Source: Octopus sinensis
Lineage: Eukaryota
NCBI RefSeq assembly: GCF_006345805.1
Contig: NC_043010.1
Location: 47,864,001-47,928,000 of the forward strand
Direction of reading: 5' to 3'
Length of the DNA stretch: 64,000 bases
In this document: piece after piece, positions 26,042 through 38,879 of the stretch
How the letters are laid out: every line of letters starts with the position of its first letter
How positions within the stretch are numbered: the first letter of the stretch is position 1
Program-made: the position numbers and the translations under genes
Notes under the pieces: model-generated
Database searches by the model: none
What the model saw: only the letters and a program-made list of their open reading frames with translations
Told to the model about the DNA's origin: nothing

Positions 26042-26689
26042 TATATATATACACACACACATATATATATATATAATAATGGGTAAAATTAAATAATTAA
26101 TAATTTTACCAAATAGTTCGGTATGTTAAAAGAAACACTAACAGTAAACTTAAACAAAAACTTTTACAATTATGAGTATAATTATAATTAGGGTTCAGCT
26201 GAACCCTTATTATAATTATATATATATATATAAATCTGTGTGTGTGTGTGTGTGTGCCACCCTCATAAAAGAGACTATGTGTTTCTGGCTAGTATGTCTA
26301 AAGAGTCATCAATTTAGCCAAGTGCAACAGTAAAAAGCAGTCAATAACATGTTGACAAGTTCTATGCCATGACCATTGATATACTCAACAATATAGAATA
26401 TATAACTGTATTTCTCTTTTACAGTATGCTTTTTGTCTGATTTATGGACAACTAACAGGTAACTGTGTGTGTGTATGTAAAGAAAACATGTCTGGCCATA
26501 TTTCCCTGTGACCAGACATGTTTCCAAGAAAAATTGGAAATGAATAACATCACTTGTATAATAGAAAGACTGATCTACAAGTATCATGTGATGTCAAGAC
26601 AAAGAGGTACAAACACACACACAGATGTGCGTGTGTGTGTGTGTGTGGTCTCGATGGTCTCGATGGTGTGATGATGATGATGATATGAT

Positions 26690-26803
26690 GATGATGAATT
26701 GGGGTTTGAGGACTATATATGTATTTATATTGAGAGAGTTGTTAGATAGCTTTATATATATATTATATATATATATATAGCTAGCTAGCTAGATAGCTAG
26801 ATG

Positions 26804-26857
<54 letters not shown>

Positions 26858-26901
26858 ATAGATAGATGCATAGATACATACATACATAGATACATACATA
26901 G

Positions 26902-26946
<45 letters not shown>

Positions 26947-26990
26947 TATATATATATATATAATTATATATATATAGCTAGCTAGCTAGC

Positions 26991-27040
<50 letters not shown>

Positions 27041-27044
27041 CATG

Positions 27045-27094
<50 letters not shown>

Positions 27095-27400
27095 CAGATA
27101 TGTAGATAGACAGGTATATATATAGATATATATGTGCACATAAATGTAAATTATGCTATGCATAACATATATATCTCACATATAATATACATAAAATATG
27201 TATATATGTATGTTTATATATGTGTGTATATATGTATTTATATGTATACACATGTATGTGCTGTATATATATATATGTATTTATTTATGTATATATATAT
27301 GCATGTATATATATATATATGTATTTATGTATATGTATATACATGTGTATATATATATATGTATATATGTATGTATATGTACATACATGTATATTCATAT
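26690..27400. repeat. Compound microsatellite array ((TA)n, (TAGC)n, (GATA)n, (TATG)-like)
   Basis: Directly visible. Confidence 0.95.
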
Positions 27401-27544
27401 ATCATCATCATCATCATCATTTAACGTCCACTTTCCATGCTAGCATGGTTGGACGGTTCAACTGGGGTCTGGGGAGCCCGAAAGCTGCACCAGTCCAGTC
27501 AGATCTGGCAGTGTTTCTACACTGGATGCCTTCCTAACGCAACC

Positions 27545-29860
27545 ACTCCGAGAGTGTAGTGGGTGATTTTATGTGCCACCGACACAGGTGCCAGACGAGG
27601 CTGGCAAACGGCCACGCTCGGATGGTGTTTTTTTATGTGCCACCGACACAGGTGCCAGACGAGGCTGGCAGACGGCCACGCTCGGATGGTTTTTTATGTG
27701 CCACCGCCACAGGTGCCAGACGAGGCTGGCAGACGGCCACGCTCGGATGGTGTTTTTATGTGCCACCGACACAGGTGCCAGATGAGGCTGGCAAACGGCC
27801 ACATCGGATGGTGCTTGTTACATGCCCACAGCACGGAGGCCAGTCGATGCGGTACTGGCTACGGCCACGTTCGGATGGTTTTCTTATGTGCCACGTGCCA
27901 CCGGCACTGGTACCACAAGATACAAATTCCATTGATGTTCATCTATTTTGATTTGTTTTGATTTGATTTTCACTTGCCTCAACAGGTCTTCACAAGTGTC
28001 ACAAGAAGGAAGGTATGCACAGGTGGACTGACTACGTCCCAGGTAGGGGCCATGGGTTATGGCCTGACTAGTCTTGCCGGGTCTTCGGATGGTGTTTTTA
28101 TGTGCCACCGACACAGGTGCTAGATGAGGCTGGCGAACGGCCACGATCGGATGGTGTTTGTCATGTGCCCACCGCACTGACTACGGCACTGATGGATTCT
28201 TGTGTGCCACAGGCACTGGTACCACAAGATACAAATTCCATTGATGTTCATCTATTTTGTCTATTTTGATTTGATTGATTTCACTTGCCTCAACCGGTCT
28301 TCACAAGTGTCACAAGAAGGAAATATGCACAGGTGGACTGACTAGTCTTGCCAGGTCTTCGGAAGGTTTTTTTTATGTGCCACCGACACAGGTGCCAGAT
28401 GAGGCTGGCGAACGGCCATGATCGGATGGTGTTTGTTACGTGCCCACAGCACGGAGGCCGGTCGATGCGGAACTGGCTACGGCCACGTTCGGATGGTTCT
28501 CTTGTGTGCCACCGGCACTGGTACCACAAAGTGGTGCCACCGGCACTGGTACCACAAGATACAGATTCCATTGATGTTCATCTATTTTGATTTGTTTTGA
28601 TTTGATTTTCACTTGCCTCAACAGGTCTTCACAAGTGTCACAAGAAGGAAGGTATGCACAGGTGGACTGACTACGTCCCAGGTAGGGGCCATGGGTTATG
28701 GCCTGACTAGTCTTGCCGGGTCTTCGGATGGTGTTTTTATGTGCCACCGACACAGGTGCTAGATGAGGCTGGCGAACGGCCACGATCGGATGGTGTTTGT
28801 CATGTGCCCACAGCACGGAGGCCAGTCGATGCGGTACTGGCTACGGCCACTTTCAGATGGTTTTCTCTTGTGTGCCACCGGCACTGGTACCACAAAGATA
28901 CAAATTCCATTGATGTTCATCTATTTTGATTTGTTTTGATTTGATTTGATTTTGATTTTCACTTGCCTCAACAGGCCTTCACAAGTATCACAAGGAGGAA
29001 GGTATGCACAGGTGGACTGACTACGTCCCAGGTAGGGGCCATGGTTTATGGCCTGACTAGTCTTGCCGGGTCTTCGGAAGGTGTTTTTATGTGCCACCGA
29101 CACAGGTGCTAGATGGGGCTGGCGAACGGCCACGACCGGATGGTGTTTGTTATGTGCCCACAGCACGATGGCCAGTGATGCGGTACTGACTACGGCCATG
29201 TTCGGATGGATTCTTGTGTGCCACGGCACTGGTACCACAAGCGGTACTGACTACTTTTTATGTGCCACCGACACAGGTGCTAGATGAGGCTGGCGAACGG
29301 CCACGACCGGATGGTGTTTGTTATGTGCCCACAGCACGATGGCGAGTGATGCGGTACTGACTACGGCCACGTTCGGATGGATTCTTGTGTGCCACCGCAC
29401 TGGTACCACAAGGATACAAATTCCATTGATGTTCATCTATTTTGATTTGTTTTGATTTGATTTTGATTTTCACTTGCCTCAGCAGGTCTTCACAAGTGTC
29501 ACAAGAAGGAAGGTATGTACAGGTGGACTGACTACGTCCCAGGTAGGGCCCACGGGTTATGACCTGACTAGTCTTGCCGGGTCTTCGGATGGTGTTTTTA
29601 TGTGCCACCATGTTCCCACAGCACGGAGGCCAGTCGATGCGGTACTGGCTACGGCCACGTTCGGATGGTTTTCTTGTGTGCCACAGGCACTGGTACCACA
29701 AGATACAAATTCCATTGATGTTCATCTATTTTGATTGATTTTCACTTGCCTCAGCAGGTCTTCACAAGTGTCACAAGAAGGAAGGTATGCACAGGTGGAT
29801 CGACTACGTCCCAGGTAGGGGCCACGGGATATGGCCTGACTAGTCCTGCCGGGTCCTCTC
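27545..29860 (-). repeat. Higher-order tandem repeat within the RTE 3'UTR
   Basis: Six copies of gatacaaattccattgatgttcatctatttt (about 27919, 28229, 28559, 28897, 29413, 29702) and of the stop-adjacent ctagtcttgccgggtc. About 63-bp subunits ttttatgtgccaccgacacaggtgc...ggatgg, tandem at 27566-27810. Confidence 0.95.
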
Positions 29861-31259
29861 ATGCACAGCACACTTCCATAGGACTCGGTCTTCAGTCATT
29901 TCCTTGGTGAGACCTAAAGTTCGAAGGTCGTGCTTCACCACCTCGTCCCAGGTTTTCCTGGGTCTACCTCTTCCACAGGTTCCCTCAACTGCTAGGGTGT
30001 AGCACTTTTGCACACAACTATCTTCAGCCATTCTCGTCACATGACCATACCAGCGCAGCCGTCTCTCTTGCACACCACAACTGACACTTCTTAGGTTCAA
30101 CTTTTCTCTCAAAGTACTTACACTCTGACGATTATGAACACTGACATTACACATCCATCAGAGCATACTGGCTTCATTTCTTGCAAGCTTACGCATATCC
30201 TCAGCTGTCACGGCCCATGTTTCACTACCATGTAGCATGGCTGTACGTACACACGCATCATATAGTCTGCCTTTTACTCTTAGCGAGAGGCCTTTTGTCA
30301 CCAGCAGGGGTAAGAGCTCTCTAAACTTTGCCCAGGCTATTCTTACTCTAGCAGTTACACTTTCAGCACACCCACCCCCGCTACTGACTTGGTCTCCTAG
30401 GTAGCGGAAGCTATCAACTACTTCTAGTTTGTCTCCCTGGAACGTGGTAGAAGTTGGTCTCTGCACATTTCCAGTGTTTATTTCTCCTGAGCATCTGCCA
30501 CAGACAAAAACTATTTTCTTAGTTAGCCTTCCTTTGACATTGCTGCACCTCTTATGTGTCCATAGCTTACACTTGGTGCACCTTATAGAGTTTCTACCTA
30601 CACCTTTTTTACAGATCGAGCAGGGCCATCTACCTGAAGTTGTTTGTGGTTGGTCCACCTTCCTACTTATTAGGACTTTGGTTTTGGCTAGGTTGATTCT
30701 AAGGCCCTTCGATTCTAATCCTTGTTTCCACACCTGAAACTTCTCCTCCAGTTCTGATAGTGACTCAGCATTAGAGCAAGGTCATCAGCATATAGGAGCT
30801 CCCAGGGGCATCCTGTCTTAAATTCTTCCGTTATTGCCTGGAGGACTATGATAAATAGGAGGGGGCTGAGGACTGAACCTTGGTGGACCCCAACCTCTAC
30901 CCGGAATTCTTCACTGTACTCGTTGCCAACCTCACCTTACTAGCTGCGTCTCTGTACATGGCTCGCACAGCTCTCACTAACCATTCATCTATCCCTAGTT
31001 TCCTCATTGACCACCAGATAAGGGATCGGGGGACCCTGTCAAGGCTTTCTCTAAGTCAACAAAAGCCAGGTACAAGGGCTTACCTTTGGCTAGGTATTTC
31101 TCCTGCAGCTGTCTTACCAGGAATATAGCATCAGTAGTACTTTTCCCTGACACGAACCCAAACTGCATATCATCTAAGCTAACTCTCTCTCTAATTAACT
31201 GGGCTATAACCCTCTCCGTAACCTTCATTACCTGATCCAACAGCTTGATGCCCCTGTAG
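29840..31259 (-). pseudogene. RTE reverse transcriptase pseudo-ORF with inserted PHD-type zinc finger
   Basis: ORFs 29840-30154, 30158-30733 and the RT part of 31004-31537. C-x2-C-x10-C-x2-C-x4-H-x2-C-x14-C-x2-C at 30491-30622. Confidence 0.9.
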
Positions 31260-31286
31260 TTATATATATATATATATATATATATT

Positions 31287-31445
31287 ATGGGTGGCTGTAT
31301 GGTAAGTAGTTTGCTGCCCAACCATATGGTTCCAAGTTCAGTCCCACTGTGTGGCACCTTGGACAAGTATTTTTTTACTATACCCTTGGGTTGACCAAAA
31401 TTTTGTGAGTAGATTTGGTAGATGGAAACTGAAAGAAACCTGTCA
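31287..31445 (+). mobile_element. SINE family A, 5' half
   Basis: gggtggctgtatggtaagtagtttgct...ggaaactgaaagaaacctgtc. Confidence 0.8.
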
Positions 31446-31788
31446 TATATATATATATATATATATAGTATTTGGTTCGCAAAATTCATGTGAGTTTGTG
31501 TGTTGAAACATAATTTATTGTGTCTGAGGAGAGGCATTCTCTTTTAGTGCCTTATTATTTAACACATTAACCAATGCGATTTCCATTCATTTGCTTATTA
31601 ATTTATTCTAAAATTTCAGTAGTGTCTTGCAAATTTTTCAGTAGTCACAACTCTGTCCGTTATCAGAGCTACAAAAAGGTTTCAAGATGCAATGAAGATT
31701 TTAGGATAAAAAAGTAAGTAAATGAGTGAAAATCGAACAGTGAGTGTGTTAAGTAATGAGGCACTAAAAGAGAATGACTCTACCCAGA

Positions 31789-31846
<58 letters not shown>

Positions 31847-32377
31847 CATATATATATGTGTGTGTGAGTGTGTACATACATATCTTACATTCATACATAC
31901 ATATATACATACATACATACATGCATACACATAACCATACATACATTCATACACATACGTGCATGCATGCATACACACACATACATACATTTCTTAATCA
32001 ATAAAAAAGACATGCCTGAAACAGCTGTAATGAATCTCAGCCCATCTGTGCTATTTTTCATACTATGCCACACCCTGAACCTTCCCTGCTTTGGATCTTG
32101 AGCCTACAGTGGATAGTGGACTGCACGCCAGAGAATGCTCCAATGTGGTTTTATATATACATTGGGTATTTAGTCTATACCTGTGAATGTATATGTAACT
32201 GAAAGGACAAATCTCTATTTGCTTTAATAAGTACATGAGTGTCCGTGCACACTGTTAGTTCACAGGTATGCTATCCCCAACTCTACCTTGATACCTTTAT
32301 TATTAAAATACTTTAATTTTACTGGATCTTGAAAATAATTACATATATATATATACATGTGTGTGTATTATACATAT

Positions 32378-32418
<41 letters not shown>

Positions 32419-32446
32419 CACACACACATCTATATATATATATATA

Positions 32447-33707
32447 TTAGGTCATTCCATAAATAATGCGTTTTTTTTATACTTCTTTTATTTTTCAAAA
32501 TTAAGAAAAACAAAGTTCTTTTTTAATCTAAAATATACACTCCGTCATTTTCTACAATGCTCTTCCACCTATCTGGTAGACTTGCAAGGCACCTTTTCCA
32601 AAAATCACTTGTCCGTTATGAAAAATACTCCTCCAGTACTGTTCTAACCTCATCTACAGAATTCATAATTTTTTGTGCCCAAATGATTTTCAAGGCTGCA
32701 GAATAAATGACAACCAGATGAGGCAATATCCGACGAATATGGTGGGTGGGGCATCGTTTCCCATTCAAATTGCTTCAGCCTTTGGAGCAATGCTATCCTT
32801 ACTGTATGTGGCCGATGGAAGACCACCTTTCATCTTGAAACCAAAGATGGTCATTTTTCTTCTGGTGCTGACTTAAGCTGTTCACCATAGATCTCCTTTG
32901 TTATCATTTGGTTTGAGTTTAAAAGTTCAAAGTGACTAAATCTTTCATATCCCACCAAACAGATAACAATACCTTACGTGGATGAAAACCTTCTTTAGCC
33001 TGGAGTGCTGGGATTTCTCCTTTCTTTGCCCACTATCTTCAGCGCTTGACATTTTTATAGAGAACCCATTTCTCGTCACCAGTCACTATTCAATCCCAAA
33101 AAGGTTTATTCGTGGGATATGACAGCAAAGAAGAGCACACATTCACTCTCTGTGCATGGTTAGACTCAGCAATTTTCTGAGGAACCCATTGACCCAATTT
33201 CCTGACTTTTCCGATGGCACGCAGGTGACAATGAATGATTGAATGACCAAATCCAACCTTCTCTGCTAGTTCCTCAACAGTTACAATGGGATTTTGTTCC
33301 ACCAAGGTTTGCAGGACATCCTCATTGAGCTCTACAGATCTTCCAGGATGATGCTTGTCTTCTAGGCTGTAGTTTCCAGCCCAGAATTACTGGAACCACT
33401 GTCTTACGCTTATTGTCCAATCCCCATACACTGCATTAATATTCCTCATACTTTCCATTGCATTGTTGCCTTTATTGAACTCATAAAGAAAAATATGCCA
33501 AAAACGCTGCTTTGTCACTTCCATTATAGTGTTGAAAAAATAACTGTTAAAATTAAATTGCTCTCTTCAAAACTTGCCCTAAGAATAAGTACAAGGTAAA
33601 ATTACTACCTGCTTTTATAGTAAATTAATGCAGGTAGTTTATCCCATCCCCCTCCAACTTTTAGTTCAGGCAATTGAAAAAACTACATTATTTAGGGAAT
33701 GACCCAA
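32447..33707 (-). mobile_element. Near full-length dead mariner
   Basis: TA|ttaggtcattccataaataatg ... cattatttagggaatgacccaa|TA. Transposase remnants TVEELAEKVGFGHSIIHCHLRAIGKVRKLGQWVPQ. Confidence 0.9.
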
Positions 33708-33870
33708 TATATACATGCATGCATACATACATGCATGCATGCATACATACATGCATGCATGCATACATACATGCATGCATGCATACATACACACATACAT
33801 ACATACATGCATACATACACACATACATGCATACATACACACACACACATGCATACATACATACATACAT
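33708..33870. repeat. (ATAC)/(ATGC) microsatellite
   Basis: Directly visible. Confidence 0.9.
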
Positions 33871-34395
33871 ACCAGGTACACACCATCAGTAATTACTCAG
33901 GGTAGGCAGTTGGTGACCTTTATGTAGTAAAACACAAAAAATAAGTGAAACACAGGTGCATGACTGCTTGAAGGCACATCTATTTCTGCCTTTATAGCAC
34001 GTAAAGAAAACAGTGTTGTAGAAATGTACACAGTACGTGTACTACAGCAGTACTATGCATAGCTTATAGATACTGAGAGTGAAAAGAAGGGGCAAATTAT
34101 GCCTACCTAATCTACAAAAAATAAAACATTTTGCATTTTATGCATAATAATCAGACTAACTTTCATAATTTTATTGAATTAGTTGCATATTTTGCCATGA
34201 GAAGAAAATGTTGCTATCGATCTATTTTATTCAAGGTAGGCAATGCCTACCTTGTCTACCTAGGCGGCACGTCCCTGATACATACATATATATGTGTGTA
34301 TGTATATATATATATATATATATATATGTAGGTCCCGGGTTGAGTCGGGGTTAACCACAGTAAATAAGGTACTCAATACATAGCAGAGTAAATTA

Positions 34396-34521
34396 ATTTA
34401 TTATATAGAAGGAGCTTCTACAGGACTAGAACTGTTTCATTCAAAAGAAATCATCAGGAAGCTTCCTGATGATTTCTTTTGAATGAAACAGTTCTAGTCC
34501 TGTAGAAGCTCCTTCTATATA

Positions 34522-34527
<6 letters not shown>
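34396..34527. repeat. Perfect 132-bp palindrome (66-bp arms, no spacer) with hammerhead-like core in each arm
   Basis: Arms are exact reverse complements around AAG|CTT at 34459-34464. CTGATGA...GAAAC at 34466-34490 and mirrored on -. Confidence 0.9.
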
Positions 34528-34559
<32 letters not shown>

Positions 34560-34611
34560 ATATGTATGTATGTATGTGTATATATGTGTGTGTGTGTGTG
34601 TGTGTGTATTC

Positions 34612-35000
34612 TCCTTTTACATGTTTCAGTCATTTGACAGTGGCCATGCTGGAGCACCCCTTTAAAGGGTTTTAGTTGAAGAAATCAACCCCAGGGCTTA
34701 TTCTTTGGAAGCTCGGTACTTATTTTATCATTCTCTTTTGCCAAACCACTAAGTTATAGGGACATAAACACACCACTATCAGTTGTCAAGCTTTGGTAGG
34801 ACGGGGATGCAAACACAGACACAAAGGCACGCACACATGAATATATATACATATGTATATATATATATATATATATATAGGGCTTTCAGTTTTTCTTTGC
34901 CAAATCCATTCACAATACTTAGGTCGGCCTGATGCTATAGTAGAAGACACTTGCCCAAGGTTCCATACAGTGAGACTGAACCCAGAACCATGTGATTGGG
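34612..35000 (-). mobile_element. tRNA-derived SINE, family A
   Basis: Reverse complement of the family A consensus. Confidence 0.8.
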
Positions 35001-35599
35001 AAGCATATACACATGTGTACATATATGGGTGTGTGTATGTATGTGTACTACTGTTCTCCAGCCTTGACATTACATGATGTTTATAAAGGAGTGTTACCAT
35101 CATGTAAGCAGCATCTTCTCTTTTCAATCTTTTATGTAAACATGTCTAATCATGGGGAAATATTACCTCACTGGGAAACAACTGAAAATTGGCAACAGGA
35201 AGGGCATCTGGCCATAGAAAATCCACCTCAACAAAATTCTATCCAACCCATGCAAGTATGGAAAAGTGTATGTTAAAATGATGGAAATGAGATGAAAACG
35301 GAAAAGTCACTTTGTTATATCTTTCTGTGTACAAGCATATCTATTCCTTTACGTCTAATCACGTCTAATGCAAGTGTAAAAGGATACATGTAAGCATATA
35401 AGCAATTCATGTACACACCCTTTTAATCATTTGTTATATTTTCCAATGCCAATAGCTATGCTGGAAAATATTTCTTTATTTAATTTTACATAAATGTCAT
35501 CTATGCATTTAATTATTATAGAAGCATTTTTTTTAAATGCACAACTGTCCTGTTATTTTCTCTCAGTACAAATATATATATATATATTGTGTGGGGGTG

Positions 35600-35645
<46 letters not shown>

Positions 35646-35944
35646 TATATCTATATGTGTGTATATATATATATGATGAGGATGATTATATATATATATA
35701 TGTATATATACATACATATGTACATATACATGTATACGTATATATATAGATATAGATATACACACACACATATATATACATATATGTGTGTGTGTGTGTC
35801 TATATCTATATCTACAGGGTGCGGTGAATATATTGTCATCTAAATTACGCAAAAATGAAAATAACACTGATATCTCATTTTAACAGATATATTTACCAAA
35901 ATTACATGACATTTTAAAAGATAGAAGTCAGCTAATGGCAGTCA

Positions 35945-36225
35945 ATGGGGTTGCTGGACTGGCTCCTGTGCAGGTGGCATATAAAAAGCACCACTTCAGC
36001 ATGGCCGTTGCCAGTACCGCCTCACTGCCCCTTGGTGTCGGTGGCACGTAAAAGCCCTCACTACACTCTTGGAGTTGTTGGCGTTAGGAAGGGCATCCAT
36101 TTGTAGAAACTCTGCCAGATCAGATTGGAGCCTGGTGCAGCCATCTGGTTTGCCAGTCCTCAGTCAAATCATCCAATCTATGCTAGCATGGAAAGTGCGC
36201 ATTAAACAATGATGGTGATGATGAT
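35945..36225 (+). mobile_element. 3' end of RTE LINE
   Basis: gttaggaagggcatcc...gctagcatggaaagtg...(GAT)n. Confidence 0.8.
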
Positions 36226-36674
36226 ATATATATATATATATACATGTACATACACACACATATGAGGACATTTTGCAAACAAACTTAAAATGCCAAGTGA
36301 GTCAGTATTCTACAGAAAATAAAGAAATTCTCAAATGCAGGATGGCTGTGAAGACAGCTTAAAAAATCAGGTATATACCCTTATAAGATGGGAAGAAGTG
36401 GCCATATATATATTCACACACACACATACACAAAATAGCAAATTGTTGGTTAATTGATTATTCAGTTCTAGTGTAAGGGTGAGAACTGTGTTACCTGAAG
36501 TTAATATTTAATGGGGTCTTTTTTTCTGTTAGTGAAGCAAACTCGAGTTTCACAGAATGGAGTATATCTTATATCATCATCATCATCTTTTCTTCAATCT
36601 TCTTTTCTCTTCTATTTCAGTTATGAAATCATTAATACTGATTGCATACACACATTCACCTCTCTCTCTCTCTT

Positions 36675-38527
36675 TCTACTGTAACAGGTTGCCTTGGAGC
36701 AAATGTACTAACCCAGAAGGCTCCTTTGATGTGGCAATGGGTGCCTTGGACATTGCTGATGTATGTGACCTCATCAGTCTACATCCTAGATGTACTCAAA
36801 AAGAGATTCCCTTCAACTAGCTTTGGCCTCTACGGAGATGATGCACTGACCATATCAAGAGGAGCTAACGGTCACAGAAAAGACTTCACAGGTACCATGA
36901 ACTCCCTTTGACCAAAGGTCATAATAGAAATCAACCTGAAAATAGTAGATTTCCTTGACATGACCCTGTACTTGGAATCTGGTGCCTATAGGCCCTTTAG
37001 GAAACCAAATGAGCAGCTATCATACATTAACACAGGTTCCTGCCATCTAGCCATAGTGTTCAGGAACCTGGTTGTGGGTGTCAGCAAGAGAATCTCCAGC
37101 TTATCTCCAGACAAAGAGAGTTTTGATGCTGCCGCCCCATACTACAACTGGGCCCTGGCTGCCAGAAGTCTTGAAGATAGTATTAGTTACATGCCAGGCC
37201 CTAATCCCCCAAAGAGAAAGTGCCACTGGAAACTGTTGTGGTTCACACCGCCCTTCTCTTTAAACATTAAGATCAGAGTAGGTAAGATCTTCCTTAGATT
37301 AATCAATAAACACTTCCCCTGTACAAATAGATTCAACAAAATATTTAATAGACTTACTCTGAGAATATCTTTTAGCTGTGCACCTAGTGTAAAAAAGATT
37401 TTATAGGTAGGCCCACACCCAAAGCAGAGGCAGGATGCTCATGCAGAGGTAACACAACATGTCCACTAAATGCCTACTGTAACATGTAGAAAGTTGTATA
37501 CGAAGCAGAGGTAACAGCCATGGGCAACCGAGTGTGCACAAGTATGTGGGGCAACAGAAGGCTCCTTCAGAACCCACTTTAACAACCAATAGTCCTCCTT
37601 CAACGTCCTGGGGAGATGCAACACCACAACCTTGGCCAAGCGCATTTGGTCTTTGAAAGAAAGTGCCACAGAGTACAATATAAAGTGGAAGATCTTGAAA
37701 AAGAGTAAACTGTACTTCAATAGCAACAGGAAGTGCAGGTTGTGCCTGGCTGAGAAAGGAGTGATTTGAAAAAGTACCCAACGCCCTGATATTTACCTGA
37801 ATTCAACAACGCACCCAAGTGCACACACACCTCAACAAGGTGGACACCCATCAAATAGGCTATCTTCAATCACCCCCAACATATATTCCTTCATACACAT
37901 TGTACCCCCACACATCCCTAGACACCCCCTACACACACATTACACACCACACACTAACATAAAACCCCCCACGACCTTAACCAATACAGGAAGAGAACAG
38001 ACAGACACAATTATATATATCTACACCCCCGGAAAAAACTATACATATGATACCACTACACATATCACACACCCCATTCCCACAAGTGCATCATACTTAA
38101 TAATGCACACACTTCTCACAAACACTTCAAGATAACTCTTGCCAGCTTTACAGTGAATCCAACCAACCTAATCCTCTGCCCTTTTTCATTTCACCACCCT
38201 TTTCACAGCAAATGCAAACCAGATGTTTGAATTCACCTCTGACAATAGAGAACAGTTGCCATATTCTCTTCCATATTGGCTAACTCTGATGAGTATCAGG
38301 TTATATAATTGGATTGTTGCCTAACACTTCATTGTATTCCTTGCATGAAACTGATTGGTAAGATCAGCCCTGATCGATATATAATACTATACATTTCGGA
38401 TAATACACCCACTCTGTTGACAGATATATGAGTGCGTCTTTTCCCTGACTAATGGACTCTTAAACAACTCACCCGTGTACTTGTATATGTGTATGATTGT
38501 GTATGAATGTATGTATGTGTGTGTGAG

Positions 38528-38560
<33 letters not shown>

Positions 38561-38680
38561 ATATATATCCCAATTTCTATTCCTGTATGTTATATATTTT
38601 GATACCACTACACATCACACACACCATCCCCACAAGTGCATCATACTTAATAGCGCACACTTCTCACAAACACACATTGT
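36675..38680 (+). mobile_element. Naiad-like Penelope element (RT + GIY-YIG + terminal repeats), dead
   Basis: FDVAMG, GLYGDD (decayed YRDD), VDFLDMTL, YRPFRKPN, LLWFTPPFS, CSCRGNTTCPL, KYVGATEG, CRLCLAEK. About 80-bp direct repeat at 38045-38125 / 38598-38675. Clade assignment from recalled motifs. Confidence 0.8.
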
Positions 38681-38879
38681 GGGTGGTTGATGCAACTCTA
38701 AGGTTGTGGTCTATGACGTGGGAGTAGTGCATGCCAGCAGCAATAGCACTGATCACAGTGCAACGACACCAGCACTGGCATCAGCATCGTGTCTGGCGTT
38801 AACAGTAGTAACAGCCGGTGACAGTGGCATCCTCAACAACAACAATAGCACCAATAACTTAAGGACATAACATGGAAAC

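Larger units (their letters stand above)
27401..31259 (-). mobile_element. 5'-truncated RTE-clade LINE
   Basis: RT remnants: GIKLLDQVMKV, QFGFVSGKSTTDAIF, LAFVDLEKA, VHQGSVLSP, LLYADD, FRYLG, LHGSETW, RLRWYGHV, GRGRPRKTW. Premature TGA at 30158-30160 and frameshifts. Native stop 29840-29842. (GAT)n tail at 27401-27420. Confidence 0.95.

Noticed and set aside
27566-27810. About 63-bp direct repeats superficially like a CRISPR array
   Set aside because: Head-to-tail units without unique spacers, inside an RTE 3'UTR of a eukaryote; no cas genes.
32018-32029. GAAAC-AGCT-GTA hammerhead 3' half
   Set aside because: The CUGAUGA half is absent (replaced by microsatellite); only a truncated remnant.
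19268-35867. Many ORFs rich in Y/I/C/V/M/H/T in the ORF track (e.g. 19268-19571, 27134-27537, 33666-33927, 35537-35867)
   Set aside because: Translations of (TA)n/(CA)n/(ATAC)n microsatellites.
36675-37800. Selenocysteine-type UGA codons / SECIS in the Naiad-like element
   Set aside because: The in-frame stops I read (TAG, TGA) are not at Cys-equivalent positions, the element is frameshifted, and no SECIS was recognised.
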